A stretch of DNA of 64,000 nt from Narcine bancroftii (taxonomy: Eukaryota), in NCBI RefSeq assembly GCF_036971445.1, contig NC_091480.1, forward strand, positions 21,080,001 through 21,144,000, read 5' to 3'. Under the pieces are notes generated by a model that was not told the origin of the DNA, made no database searches, and saw only the letters and a list, made by a program, of their open reading frames with translations. Shown here piece by piece: positions 23,520-35,452 of this stretch. The translations under genes and the position numbers were made by a program. Numbering within the stretch: the stretch's first letter is position 1; the number at the start of each line of letters is the position of its first letter.

Positions 23520-24760
23520 GTTTTCTAGTGTCATTATAACAGTGCAGAAGACAGGAAGCTAAAATGAGAGTGGGTTGGAGAAGTGAAGTGGCTTTACTTC
23601 AGGTTGTTGTCCCTACAAATCAAACATTTATCCATGCAGAGCTGGCCCATCTGCATTTGGATTCTCCAAGCTGGATGAGATCCTGTGAATACAAACGTAG
23701 TACACTAGATTGGAAAACGTGCAAGTTAATAGCTGCTTCCTGTTTAGGTCCCTGCATTGTGGGAAAGGAAGAGGTTCAAAAGGACAGGTGTGGCATGAGA
23801 AAGTGGGGTAAGAAGAGATGTTAATAGCAGGAATGAATGATTACATTATATAGTTGCATAAAGAACAGTCACTTCAATGTTGAAAAGGGAGGGGAGGAGA
23901 GGAGAAGATGTACCTTTGAAACTGACAGACAATGTGAAGAATAATCCAGTGAATGCGGAGGCTAGGGGAGTGGAAGCAGAAGACCAGGAAAATTCTATTA
24001 AAACTCAAAAGTACTGGAGGAATTCAGCAGGTTTTGCAGTGTATCTTTACCTCCTGTGGATGTTGTGAGACCTGCTTATTTGCTCCAGCATTTTTTGTGC
24101 TTTTGCTACAATCACAACACTATAGACTTTCATGTTTCACTCTTAGGAGAATTCTATCTCTACTCTGTAGAGATGAGAGGGGATGAGAGTGAAACACAAA
24201 AGTCTCAGTGGGTCTCGCAGCATCCATAGGAGGTAAAGATATATTATCGACATTTTGGGCTGCCTTCAAGGTATGAGAAAGAGCAGGCAGTTGCTTGAAT
24301 AAAAGAGGGAGGAGTACAGACCAATAGACAAAAGTTGATAGTTGGATATGGAGGAAAGGAAAGGTGAGAATTGATGAGGGGGGTGTGGGGGGGGGGGGAG
24401 TTTGGCTTTGTGTATGCAAAGCTGGGGCAAAAGAGACAGAGGGAAAAGGGAAGAGAGGAGACAGCTTCAGGAAAGGAGACATGGGGAGAGTGGGAGTTGG
24501 TTTAACGGAAACCAGAGAAGTTGATGTTAATGCCATCTGGTTGGAGGGTACCCAGACAGAAGGTGTTGTTCCTCTAAATTGCAGGAGGGGATGAGCGCAG
24601 AGGTGTGGGAAATAGATAAGAAGCAGTCAAAGGATATGTCAACTCTGCTAGGGAGAAAGCCACCAGTCAAGAAATCACAGGGCTACCTGTGTGGAAAGTC
24701 TTGTCATCCAATCAAATACAATGGATGTGGGGAAGGTGGTTCCTGCATGTTGTGAGATTG
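23520..24760 (-). mobile_element. Cluster of Penelope-like fragments (old and nested younger)
   Basis: Reverse complement of the motifs at 19400-20075 (e.g. gagaagttgatgttaatgccatctggttggagggtacccagac at 24514-24558). Confidence 0.5.
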
Positions 24761-25469
24761 ATGAATGGTGTCCTGTGACATTGGGTCTTGCATAAATAAA
24801 ATGGAATAAATTATTTGCAGAATATTCATTCATTTTTCTATTAAATTTTATGTATGTCATGATTATGTTCTGTGTGTGTATGCGCGTGCACTGTGGTCTG
24901 GAGAAACATTTTTTCTGGTTGTATATGATAATAAACTTGACATACAGAGGGATTGTTCATCCACAATCAAGATACGCCATTGGGGACCAAAGAATTGGAA
25001 ACTGATGGAGTACATCAGAGGTGTCATTGATGTAAAAGGGAACGGGCTAGATTGCTTCTGTCATTTGCAATTTTTTTTTATTTTGGAGGAAATTATTTCT
25101 TCTTGTGTAATCCTTTATATTCTTTACTAAGTATAAAAGTCTGGTTATAGAATAAACAATACACTGAAGAAACTTGTGAAAATGTGGAAGAGAAACATTG
25201 AGGGAACTGTACAAGTAAGGAAGGAGATGTGAGCAATATTCTACTATCAGAATATTTGGGAAGATTGGTTGTAATGAATCATGAATGGTTTGCTTGCGAA
25301 TATTAGTTTTTTTAAAAGTTTGAGGTCGATCACCAGCATTACAGAACTTTTTTTAAGCACATCTACCTTAACTCATGAAGACAAGATGAATATCTTCAAG
25401 CTATAAACCTGTGAGTGGAAAGGTGCATCAACATTTAGGGACTGAATGTTTTTAAATTTACACTTTAAA

Positions 25470-25703
25470 AATGTAGACATAGAGCATGGTAGCACACCTT
25501 TCTGACCCATGAGGCCATGTCAACCATTTACACCCATTGACTTACAACCCTGGTAAGTTATTTTTGAAGGGTGGGAGGAAACTGAAGCACTCGGAGGAAA
25601 TCCACATAGACGTGGGGAGAACGTACAAACACCTTAAAGACAGCACTGGACTCAAACCCTGACCGCTGGCGCTAAAACAGCATTGCACTAACTGTGCCGC
25701 CCA
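25470..25703 (-). mobile_element. V-SINE (HE1-like)
   Basis: Reverse complement starts GGGCGGCACAGTTAGTGCAATG and contains the core (ggggagaacgtacaaac...gacagc). Confidence 0.75.
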
Positions 25704-26776
25704 AACTGTAACTGGTAATGTGACTGATATTGATAGAATCATTTTCATGCAAGTTTATAGAACTAGAGGGAATATTCGGATTGATTTTTTAAAAAAATGT
25801 AAGAATGAAGTATACTTTTGCTCAGATGTTTTCTTTTTTATGGGACTTGATGTTTGCTGATAACTGGTTTAGTTATTGGCTTATCCGTGAACTTCCAGGA
25901 ATGCTTTTGTCTATTTCTGCATTCTACAATTTCTTCCAAGACAGTTTTGTTTTATGCTGGAAAGCTTGTGTTTATATAAAATAGTCAGGTATGGGTGATT
26001 TAGTTGGATATTCATTCCTTGGCCCACCTGGGTCAGCAAGTTACAGGCTAGATGTTGGCTGGCATTGGACCTAATAACTCTTCTCCGGAATCTCATCAAG
26101 AATTCTGGTACAGTCACCTGTTGGACTACAAAGGGAACTATACAAGAATAATATGTATAAGATTGATGTTTGAGCCATTTTCACTGATTTAAGTTTTGTT
26201 TCAAATTGTAAAGGCTGTTACTCTGGAACATATAGCTATCATTGGTTTTTGAATTTCCAGATTGAACCAAGCACTTCACACCATCAGAAGATGCTGACAG
26301 ATTTACACAGTAATTAAAGAATAATGTCAAATGCACCATCATTATAACCACAAATTTCAGACTGTCAGCATTTTTGTATTGAAGAACAACATTTATCTTA
26401 AAATGTAATATAATTTAAAGGACCTGACTAAAAGAAATTTTCTATGGTAGGCAATTGTGATGCATCCTTGAATTTCTCCTTGTGATCTTTAATTCAGTAC
26501 AGATTCTTCTTTTTATATAATTTTGTATGTTTGCAATGTATGTGCCAGTTTTTTAATAATTATGTTTTTGCTTATGAACAACATGGTTGTTATTCTCAAC
26601 TTTAAAATTAAAAGCTCAAACCCATCTTTGCAGGTGAATTGAACTGTCGAGTGCATTGCTTATGTTGTCCGTACATAACTTGTATGGTTTAATTTTTTAG
26701 GTTAGATGCATCATCAGGAACAAAGAACTTTTTTGTTGGACTAGAGTTCCAAGCTTCAAGAAATATATTCAGCACA

Positions 26777-26853
26777 ATGCACCATCAAGAACCGAGTGGA
26801 TACTTTACCAACTACGCTTATCATGATTCGGAAACATTGGAATTGGATAGAGG
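26777..26853 (+). CDS. TMC5: Transmembrane channel-like protein 5, first coding exon (exon begins ~26701)
   Basis: Acceptor aattttttag|26701; ACAATG (A at -3); MHHQEPSGYFTNYAYHDSETLELDR-GG|gtatga. The SETLE.DR motif is recalled from non-mammalian TMC5 N-termini. Confidence 0.75.
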
Positions 26854-28308
26854 GTATGAATTAAACAAATAGCAGTAAAGCTGGGTAAAATTTATAAACC
26901 ACAATATTATACCTTTATACAACATTTAGAGTTAGCATTTCCTTATACTTGCGACTGTATGCTAAAAAGTTACATGGATTCTGGGAACACAGATGTAATC
27001 TGATCAGTTAGTCATTTAATTGCCTTTAACAGTCAAACAACAAAAAGACTTCACCCCCAGGCTGCCGGCAGTTTCCAGAAAACTGACCAGTGTCATTCTT
27101 TTTCTCTGTAAAAATGATCAATATTATAACAAATCCATGACTATCAGGAATCTTTAAAGTTAGAGAACACACTGCATTTGAAAGAGTAATAACCAAAAGA
27201 ATAGAAAATTCTTTAATAGTGAATGATTAAACTCATCTGACAACTTCCTTGTTTTATTGCACTGATTACCTGGTTGTCTTGGTTTATATAAAAGCTTGTT
27301 GGTGAAACAAATAACCCTGCTTGCCATATAGTGGCTGAGAAGCAAAATAGTGTTGTGAAGTGTTGAAAATCTTGCAGAATTAAAATATTTTAGCGGTTCA
27401 GAAAAAAAATGAAATGATTGCAAGGTTGGTTATTGATGTCCCAGCAAATGTTCAATGTACCAACACAGATTTCAAAATGTGCAGAATATATATTGATTAA
27501 AATGTTAATTGATGATCCTTTGAGTCCTAGTTTCTTAGCACCTGCAGAACATTCCATGCTGACCAGTACCTGGTGGCTTTATGGTCAAAAGTGTTGGTCT
27601 GGACGAGAAATTCACCTTCTGTACATAATAGTGTTAGCATTAAATATAGCACCATTCCCATTCAAGTGGCTCTGGGTTGCTACAGCCTAGAATTGTTTAA
27701 GGACCTTCCTCAGCTGATCCAGATTATTGACGCTTCAGGTCAAATCCTTTCAGCAAGACTGATCATGGAGAGGGGAGATGGTCAGCATTACGAGGAGAGT
27801 ATGGGAAGGGTGAGACAATGGTTCAGAAGGGGATTGGTGAACAGGTTACAATCAAAGGATGGAGGGAGGGTAAGGGTTTGAGTTGGGATAGATGGGGATG
27901 GTGTGAATGGAGTTGGGCGACACAGATAGGTTAGTGCTCGATGCCAGAGAGATAGATAGAAAAGGGGAAAATGAGGCAAATGGAAAGTTGATGGAGATCA
28001 CTTCTGGAAGGTTGTAAGCATTAACAAAGGTTACCAGTAACGGACTCTGATGAACAAAGAAGGCGATAATGGTGGTTAGCTTTCATTCTAATTGGAACAA
28101 AAGTGTAATTTCAGCAGATAAAATCCAAGGGAAGTCAAATTTTCCAAATTATTTTGTTCAGAATTAATTGGATGTTCTGATTGACCTGGCAGCTGATACC
28201 TATGTACTAATACATATAAAATCCACAAAATAATAAGTTTCTGAGCTGTTGTCTCAGCATTATGCATTTACACCACAATGGTTGCTAATATAATCCTGGG
28301 ACAGATTA

Positions 28309-29075
28309 CATTGGACAATGAGAATGTTGCTTCCTGAACACTTTTGGGTGTATTTTATGGATTTTGGGCTGATCACAAAAATGACCATAAAATTTTCCTA
28401 TTACATACCATTTTATAATATATATCTATATAACCTATTTTTGTGATGTCCTGTCATATTTTAAGACTACTGGTGTATTGCCCACAAAGCGAGCTGTTTT
28501 GGTCAGCCCAAGGATGCTTGGGCACACACTCTGTGATGATGCTATGCAAATGTTGTGTTGGGCCTGGGCATGCTTAGTCAGGATAGATGTAGACAGGCTA
28601 TAAAAGCAGCTCATGTATATAGATGCTGTGCATTACATTGATAAAGATTGAGTGAGTGTACTTAACAGTAACATTTATTGTCTTCAGGAAGATTCAGTGC
28701 AGCAGAAATATCTTGTCATTGTTACATTTGAAGCAAGTATATGCTTAAGGCTCAAAGACGGTGCATGACTGCACTTATTAAGAAAGCCTATGAGCACTAC
28801 TTCTGTTATAAAATTGGTGACCAAGACCAATCTTGGGCTCCTCACATTTGTTGTGCAATATTTGCAGTCAACCTGAGAGCTTGTCAGCATCAATATGTGA
28901 TTAAACATGTTGAATTCAATAAAAGTTAATTTAATGTTTCTTCCCACATGATAAGCCTAATCTGAAATTAATTTTGTGTTCATCTTGAAGTTATCTGTCA
29001 TACTCCCCAATTTTTTTTTTATCTGGAAGAAAACCTTTTGGCGGGGGGAGGGGGTGGGGAAATGGTTTCCCAGTG
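28309..29075 (+). mobile_element. Chapaev3-like non-autonomous DNA transposon
   Basis: TTA|CAtTGGACAA ... CCCAGTG|TTA termini with TTA duplication. Internal remnant LKAQRRCMTALIKKAYEHYFCYKIGDQDQSWAPHICC. Confidence 0.75.
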
Positions 29076-29509
29076 TTATCTGGAGGACCTGGAGGTGGTT
29101 GAATTTACATACTTGCCCTTTGTTGAGAAGTTCTACAGAAATATACTTTAGGCATCAACTGTTGAAGAAGGGTTGCAACCTGAAAAGTCAACAATACTTT
29201 TTCTCTCAATGATGCTGGTGGACCCTCTGAGTTCCTTCGGCAGATTGCTTTTCTTTCCAAATTTCAACGTCTCCTTTCTCGTGTGTCAGCATCAACCACG
29301 TTCAGTTCAGGTAGTGGTCAACATAGAATCTTCTGAGGCCTTTGCAGGACAGAGAGGTATTCGACTCTATGAGATGTTTCGAAGCAGACTGTGACAGTCA
29401 TTTTGCAGAATGCCTCATGGCCAGAATTCTCAAACACTAAGGGCTCATTTGCCTAGAAGTGAAAGGGGCCCTCTGCATAAGATATTCATGCACAGACATG
29501 GCCTCAATC

Positions 29510-29930
29510 CCATCATGTAAAAACACATCAAAATGTTGGAGGAACTTAGTCGGTCTTTTCAGCGTCTTTAGGAGACCATGTTATGTTGCTGATGTTTCAG
29601 ACCTGAGCCCTTCTTCAAGGAATAAGCCAAAATTTGGAAATTTCAGGAAGTCTCAGAATTCAAACAATGGTGTAGGAATCCAGACCAATAAAAGGTGTTA
29701 ATTGGATATGATAAGGGATGAAGTAAGAATTTATCATGTTTGCATGAAGGAAGACTGAATGGAGAGTCAGAAATAGGCAAAGGTGACAGGGGAAGAAGGT
29801 GGGATGGGAGGGGGGAAACTGTTTAATGAAATCCAGATAAGTCTATATTAATGATATCCAGTTGGAGGGTGCCCACTTGGATGAGGTGTTGATCCTCCAA
29901 TTTACAGGTCTCAATCTGGCAGTACATGAT
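29510..29930 (-). mobile_element. Penelope-like fragment
   Basis: Shares atgttggaggaacttagtcggtct...cttcttcaagg and gttggagggtgccc with the other copies. Confidence 0.5.
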
Positions 29931-32761
29931 GTGCTGCACTCAAGATAGTTATGGTAAAATGATTGCCCTCCTCCTTGTGAGCTATTCATTGGCCAAGAAG
30001 ACAGACATGTGATAATCCTTGTGAGATTTGTCTTGAGCAGTTATGTGCTCTATGGGTTATTCAAAAACAGACAACTACTCCTGGAAAATCATCAGTTCAA
30101 TGAAAGAGGCACATTGGTCAACTGAAATCTGTTGGCCTTCCAATGTAAGGAGACGCCAACAGGTGAATGCTGCCAGTTGGCATGTTCCACGGTGTAGGAT
30201 TTGTGCTGAATCTCAGTGAAGTCACCACATAGGCTCTGGAGGGAAGGATCACTGTGTAAGATCCACCATCAGTGTGGGGGTTGGCTCTGTGTGACGGCCT
30301 CTCAAGCAATTCACAAGGCCATTAAGGAGCAAACTGGAATGATACTGCCACGTTAAGAAAACTTGTTTGAAATGATGGTATGGTGAATATAGAGAGACTG
30401 CATTGCGTGTATATATTATGAATGAAGTAAATTTGGAGCAAAAATATGACCGTTCACAATTTCTGTCTAAAATATCTTCAGGTGATCAATTGGAAAAATC
30501 TTGTAAATAACACTCAGAAAGTTAGCTATCTGCTATCTTTCAAATGTTTAATGCAAGAAAATAGTTTTGTTCAGACCTTCTACACCATCCTTTGGGGACA
30601 GACAAAATAAATAGAAAACAGGAGAATTGGGAAATGCATATTTTTGGAAAAATTGTTCATGTTATATTACTAGTAATTATGGGGCTGGCTGACTAATTGC
30701 ATGATCTAATCTAAAAGTGCAACTTGATATAATCTTTGTCACACTTGTATCTTGGTCAATTAACCCTGAGGGTGTTTCTTCACATTCCATTTGAACATAA
30801 ATGCTTTTAGTACATTTGGAGGTTTTTTTTTAAACAAGTAGCAAAAATAAGGATTTTTACCATAATTCAAAGAGAGATGGAATTTGATAAAATACCTAAC
30901 TCGAATAATAAGTTTTCCCTAATTTTTGAATTACATTAATGTTGAAACCTGAGAGCACTATCTGTTTGCCTGAGGAAGTAACATTTTACTCACAAGGCAA
31001 TCAAGCTTTTTGCTGCTATTGAATTATCTTTTGTTCCAGCAAGGCTGAAAAAAAATACAGAAATTCTATTCAGAGAGCAGCAATAGAAATTAGCCAAGAC
31101 AGTGTTACATTTAAAAATAATATTTTAATTTATTAATAACCAATAATATAACACCTTATCTAAACCTAACCCACAACTGTGCGCAAATATATTGATGTGT
31201 GTATGGAAATATCCCAAACCATTACAGCTTAAGCACAATTCTGGAATGTCAGTTCAAAGTTCAGTCTCAGAAATCTAACGTTGACACGAAGACCTCTTAA
31301 AGTGATGAAGTAGGTGGGAAAGACAGGGTGACAGACTGTTGTAAACTCACAAAATCTTTGTTGAGTTCCTTCGAGAGAAATGTCCTTTCAGATGAGGAAA
31401 AATTCCCCTTTTCTTGGCGTGGGGGACGTAAAATGAGTGACTTTCACAAAGCTTCCAGAACCCTTTTATGGATCAGTTCAAGTGATCTTTTCTTTAGTCA
31501 CTGTGAGATTCAACAAGTCCCCCCTCAAAAGTGACCTTTCCTTTGACCACATTAAGCCACTTCAGCAAAGTATTTCTGAAAGAGCTGCTGCTCCTGTGCT
31601 GCTTCCTTAAAATGGCTCCTGATCAAACATATACACCAACAGTGTATATGTTGGTCACATGGTCTCTGCACCTGATTTCCTGGCACACTTCCTCTCTCTT
31701 CAGAAGTAGTGAATTTGAGTACATGCTGTCCCAGCCTTTCAGCCCAGGTCAATCTCAAAAGCCTACAACTTGATTTGTTCTCTTAAAGTGACAGTCCCAC
31801 TCAAATAAAAATGAACTGGGAACGTAATAAATTATTTGTAAGTTATAATTCCATAACCTAATAGAGAGTTCAGATGATTTTCAGGTGACAGGAATTCAGA
31901 ATTGGCTTGAACATCAACTGAATTATCAGTTCAACATCTCTCTGCCTTATAATTATTTAAAATAAATAAGTTGTAATTGGTAGTCTTCTCAACCTTGTGA
32001 GAGGTAGAAAACTGTATATATATTTCATAATGGCAATTGGATTTTTAAAGTAGCAGTTGTTAAATAGTTAAAGGAATTAAATGTCTTTTGTAATTGATAG
32101 TGAATAACACAAATAGAAGGTGAGGTAACACTAAAATATTGGTGTGAAACATGAAAGTCTGCAAACACTGTGATTGCACTAAAGCACTGGAGAAATTCAA
32201 CAGGCCTCGCAGCATCCATTGGAGGTCTTGCTGAGTTTCTCCAGCACATTAATTAAATTGTTGGTGCTTTTGTTTATGAGGCAAGTTTTAAAAATATTCT
32301 CATGGCTAACCCCCGATCAATGTAGCATGACAAGAGACTCAGGTGTTTGTTTCATTATCACTACAGTCTTCAGGGAAATCAAGTAATAAAGTTTTTTTGT
32401 CTACAAGTGAAGCACAATTTTTTTTATTATTATGCTCTTTGTAGGTTTCTGTCACATCACATCCTAAGGTCGATATATTTGAGTAAGAAAAATTTAAACA
32501 GTAACTAGGTTCTCGAAAATTAATTTTGCACAAGTAGATGCATCTGGTAAAAAGCAAAAAAAAAAGTATCTTTTGTATTCTTTGTTACAGTTAAGTTTGA
32601 CCATTTACGAAGTCTCAGCCTGCTTTTAAGTTGAGACATCTGCACATATAAGCAAAGAAAGTCAGACAGTTCTATAAGCTATTAATATAAAGCAAAATCC
32701 TTACAGGATGAGTAATTTAGCAATGTACCATTTTGCTAGTTTTTGTTTTCTTTTGTGTTAG

Positions 32762-32958
32762 TGCACAGGGGCGATTTTCTAAACTCCACACCACTCCACT
32801 GCCATCTTCTTCCCAGCGAGATCTGTTTGATTTATCAGATGTATGGAGTGATTGGGAGCATCCAGAGGTTATACCAATGACGACAGTGGGAAGAGAACAT
32901 ATTGATTCTGGATCTCCATTCACTGATATAAATCCATATGGAAACAACGCTGGATACG
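32762..32958 (+). CDS. TMC5: TMC5 coding exon 2
   Basis: Long polypyrimidine tract, gttag|T acceptor (phase 2), open frame AQGRFSKLHTTPLPSS...INPYGNNAGY, donor G|gtatat (phase 1). Low-conservation N-terminal region, so the call rests on splice signals and phase. Confidence 0.65.
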
Positions 32959-33329
32959 GTATATTACTTGGAACTGTTGTTTAGAATAAGAATTTGACTT
33001 CAAAATACTGATTTGTTTTGAATGCATTTACTTGTGTTTTTATAAATAGTCATTCGTGACAATTCTGTGTCTTTTTATGTAGAAAGACCTTTGAGTGGTA
33101 TCATGAAATATTTTATGCTCATTTGAAAGGATCGGTATCGAGAGTGAGGTTATTATTGGATGTCATAATGATGGCACTAATGACCTCATTCCTAAAGAGG
33201 CCTTGCATGTCATTGACTTCAATTTCTCTAACTAGTTATCCCCTTTGGATCAACAGGTGTATTCTGTTGTCTTCCAATATATTCTGACTATATACGTATT
33301 TGTATCTCTGGGCTCTGGATCAGGGTCAT

Positions 33330-33690
33330 AGCTACCATGGAGAGATTTAGGGGTTACTCCAGCATTTTTGCTGACGTGATGTTCTCATGATAGAGGCATC
33401 TAAAACAAGAGGGAATTAATTTAAGGTGAGGGGAGGGAGTTTTAAAGGGAGCCTGTGAATTAGAATATCTTTTTTTTTAAAAAAAAGTGATATCTGGAAT
33501 GCAATGTCAAAAAACATGCTGGAATCAGATACAATTACTGTGTTTAAGAGACATTAAAGCAGACACTTTAAGTAGGCAAGGCATAGAAATAAATGGTCCT
33601 AATATGAGCAAATTTGAGTGGTGCAGATGGGACGTGATAAAGCATAGACATGCTAAGCTGAAGGTCATGTTTCTGTGTTGTCCGGCAACA
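33330..33690 (+). mobile_element. CR1-type LINE 3' fragment
   Basis: tctaaaacaagaggg...tttaaggtgaggggagggagttttaaaggga; homologous to 60790-61110. Confidence 0.5.
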
Positions 33691-33767
33691 TGGCATCGAG
33701 ATAATCCTGGTGCAGGCTCTATTATCTCATTGGCACAGAAACTGCATGGTTGTGTAGCTTCCAGTTA

Positions 33768-34413
33768 CACTGGACAACTCAGATTTTGCTTCATGAACAT
33801 TTGTGGATGGATTTTATGGATTTTGGCCTGTTGATCATGAAACTTTTCCTATCACCAACTTTTTTTTTTAAGCTATAGCTTATTTTTGTGATTTCCTGTC
33901 ATATTTTAAGTTGACTAGTATATTGCCCACAAAGTGAGCTGTTTTGGCCAGTTGAAGCATACCTGGGGGTGCTCTCAGTGCAGGTGCTATGCAAATGTTG
34001 TCTTGGGCCTGTGCATACTTAGTTCAGATAGAGGCAGATGGGCTATAAAAACAGCTCATATATATAGATGCTATGTATTACATTGATATGGATTGAAATC
34101 ACTTTGATGTACATGTTCTTCAGGTCTACATAACAATAGCATTTATTGTCTTCAATAAAGGGTTGGGGGTGTGTATTTTGATTAATATGGTTCATAGTGT
34201 AAAAAAAATTTTAAAAAATAAAGGGTTAGGGTTAGGATTAATCGTGCAAAATTCAATGAAAGTTAATTTAATGTTTTTCCATTTTCCTACATGATACAGC
34301 AAATCTGAAAATATCTTTGTTTTAAGATTGAAGTTGCTTATCATAATCCCCATTTTTTTTCCCAGGATGCAAATCTTTTGCGGGGGGGGGGGGGGGGTAA
34401 TTGTTGTTCATTG
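33768..34413 (+). mobile_element. Chapaev3-like non-autonomous DNA transposon
   Basis: TTA|CACTGGACAAC ... GTTGTTCAtTG|TTA: inverted termini with TTA duplication; colinear with 28309-29075. Confidence 0.75.
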
Positions 34414-34969
34414 TTATTTTCCCATACTGCTCTATTATTAGTTCACCTACCCACATCAGGTTTGATGTATACGAGGTTTAATCGAAGCCTAGCCATTATT
34501 AGTTTAAACCTTTTACGCCTTTGTCCTACCCTGACAAAACAACTTGGTTTTAAGAACATTAAAAATGAATTATCATCTCTTTTGGACATAAGGAATATTA
34601 ATTAATTTTTGAAATGAATCCATTTTAACTTCAATGAAGTAAATAATTCACTCTTGCAGCACCAAAATAGTGGGTTTAGATTTTAGAAAAATAAATCTTT
34701 GGAGGTGCTTCAATGTAGACAGATCATCAAATCTGAAATTATTTAAACAGTTTTAAGATTCTGCCATTGATTAAGGAAGGCTTTTTCACCATTGTGAAAA
34801 CTGCACGTGTGTTTCACTCTCTGGAATTCAGACTGTGAGCAGTGTAAAAGCCACAACGGAAAAGTTTCTCTATTCTGTTTGACAGCCCCCTTGATTATTC
34901 ACACACTGTAACCATAGGAGCATGTGTTATGAAATATTTACAATTGCTCTATTTGTTTCCATTGAATAG

Positions 34970-35101
34970 TTCCTGAATTTGAGTCCATAGCAGATGAATC
35001 TTACAGCACTGCTTCATCTACATATAATGGACAAAGTCATCAAGATCATTCATTCATTCCCAACTTTCATAGAAATGTTGACATTTCAAACCAAGAGCCA
35101 G
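34970..35101 (+). CDS. TMC5: TMC5 coding exon 3
   Basis: attgaatag|TT ... CCAG|gtatgc; 132 nt, phase 1-1; open frame VPEFESIADESYSTASSTYNGQSHQDHSFIPNFHRNVDISNQEP. Confidence 0.68.
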
Positions 35102-35452
35102 GTATGCACTATTTATTTTCATTTACCAATGAATAAACGGACATAGTAAATAACTAATGCTATCAATAGGCTGTTCTGGATAAACAATGCAACCTCAACA
35201 TATCATGGATACCAGGAGACAACTTTAACAAGGTTAGCATAACATCTGGGGCTGTCTGTAAGGTGTTTGTTCTTCTCCTTGTGTGCTCAGGTTTCCTTCC
35301 CTTTCCAAAAACATATGGGTTTGGTAGGCTAATTGGTTGCATTGGGCAGTATGAATTTCAATGGCTGGAATCTCCTTCTACTGTATTATAACAATAAACA
35401 AATAAATATAGGCAAGTTTAAAAACATGTGCAATATATACCTAATTTTGAAA

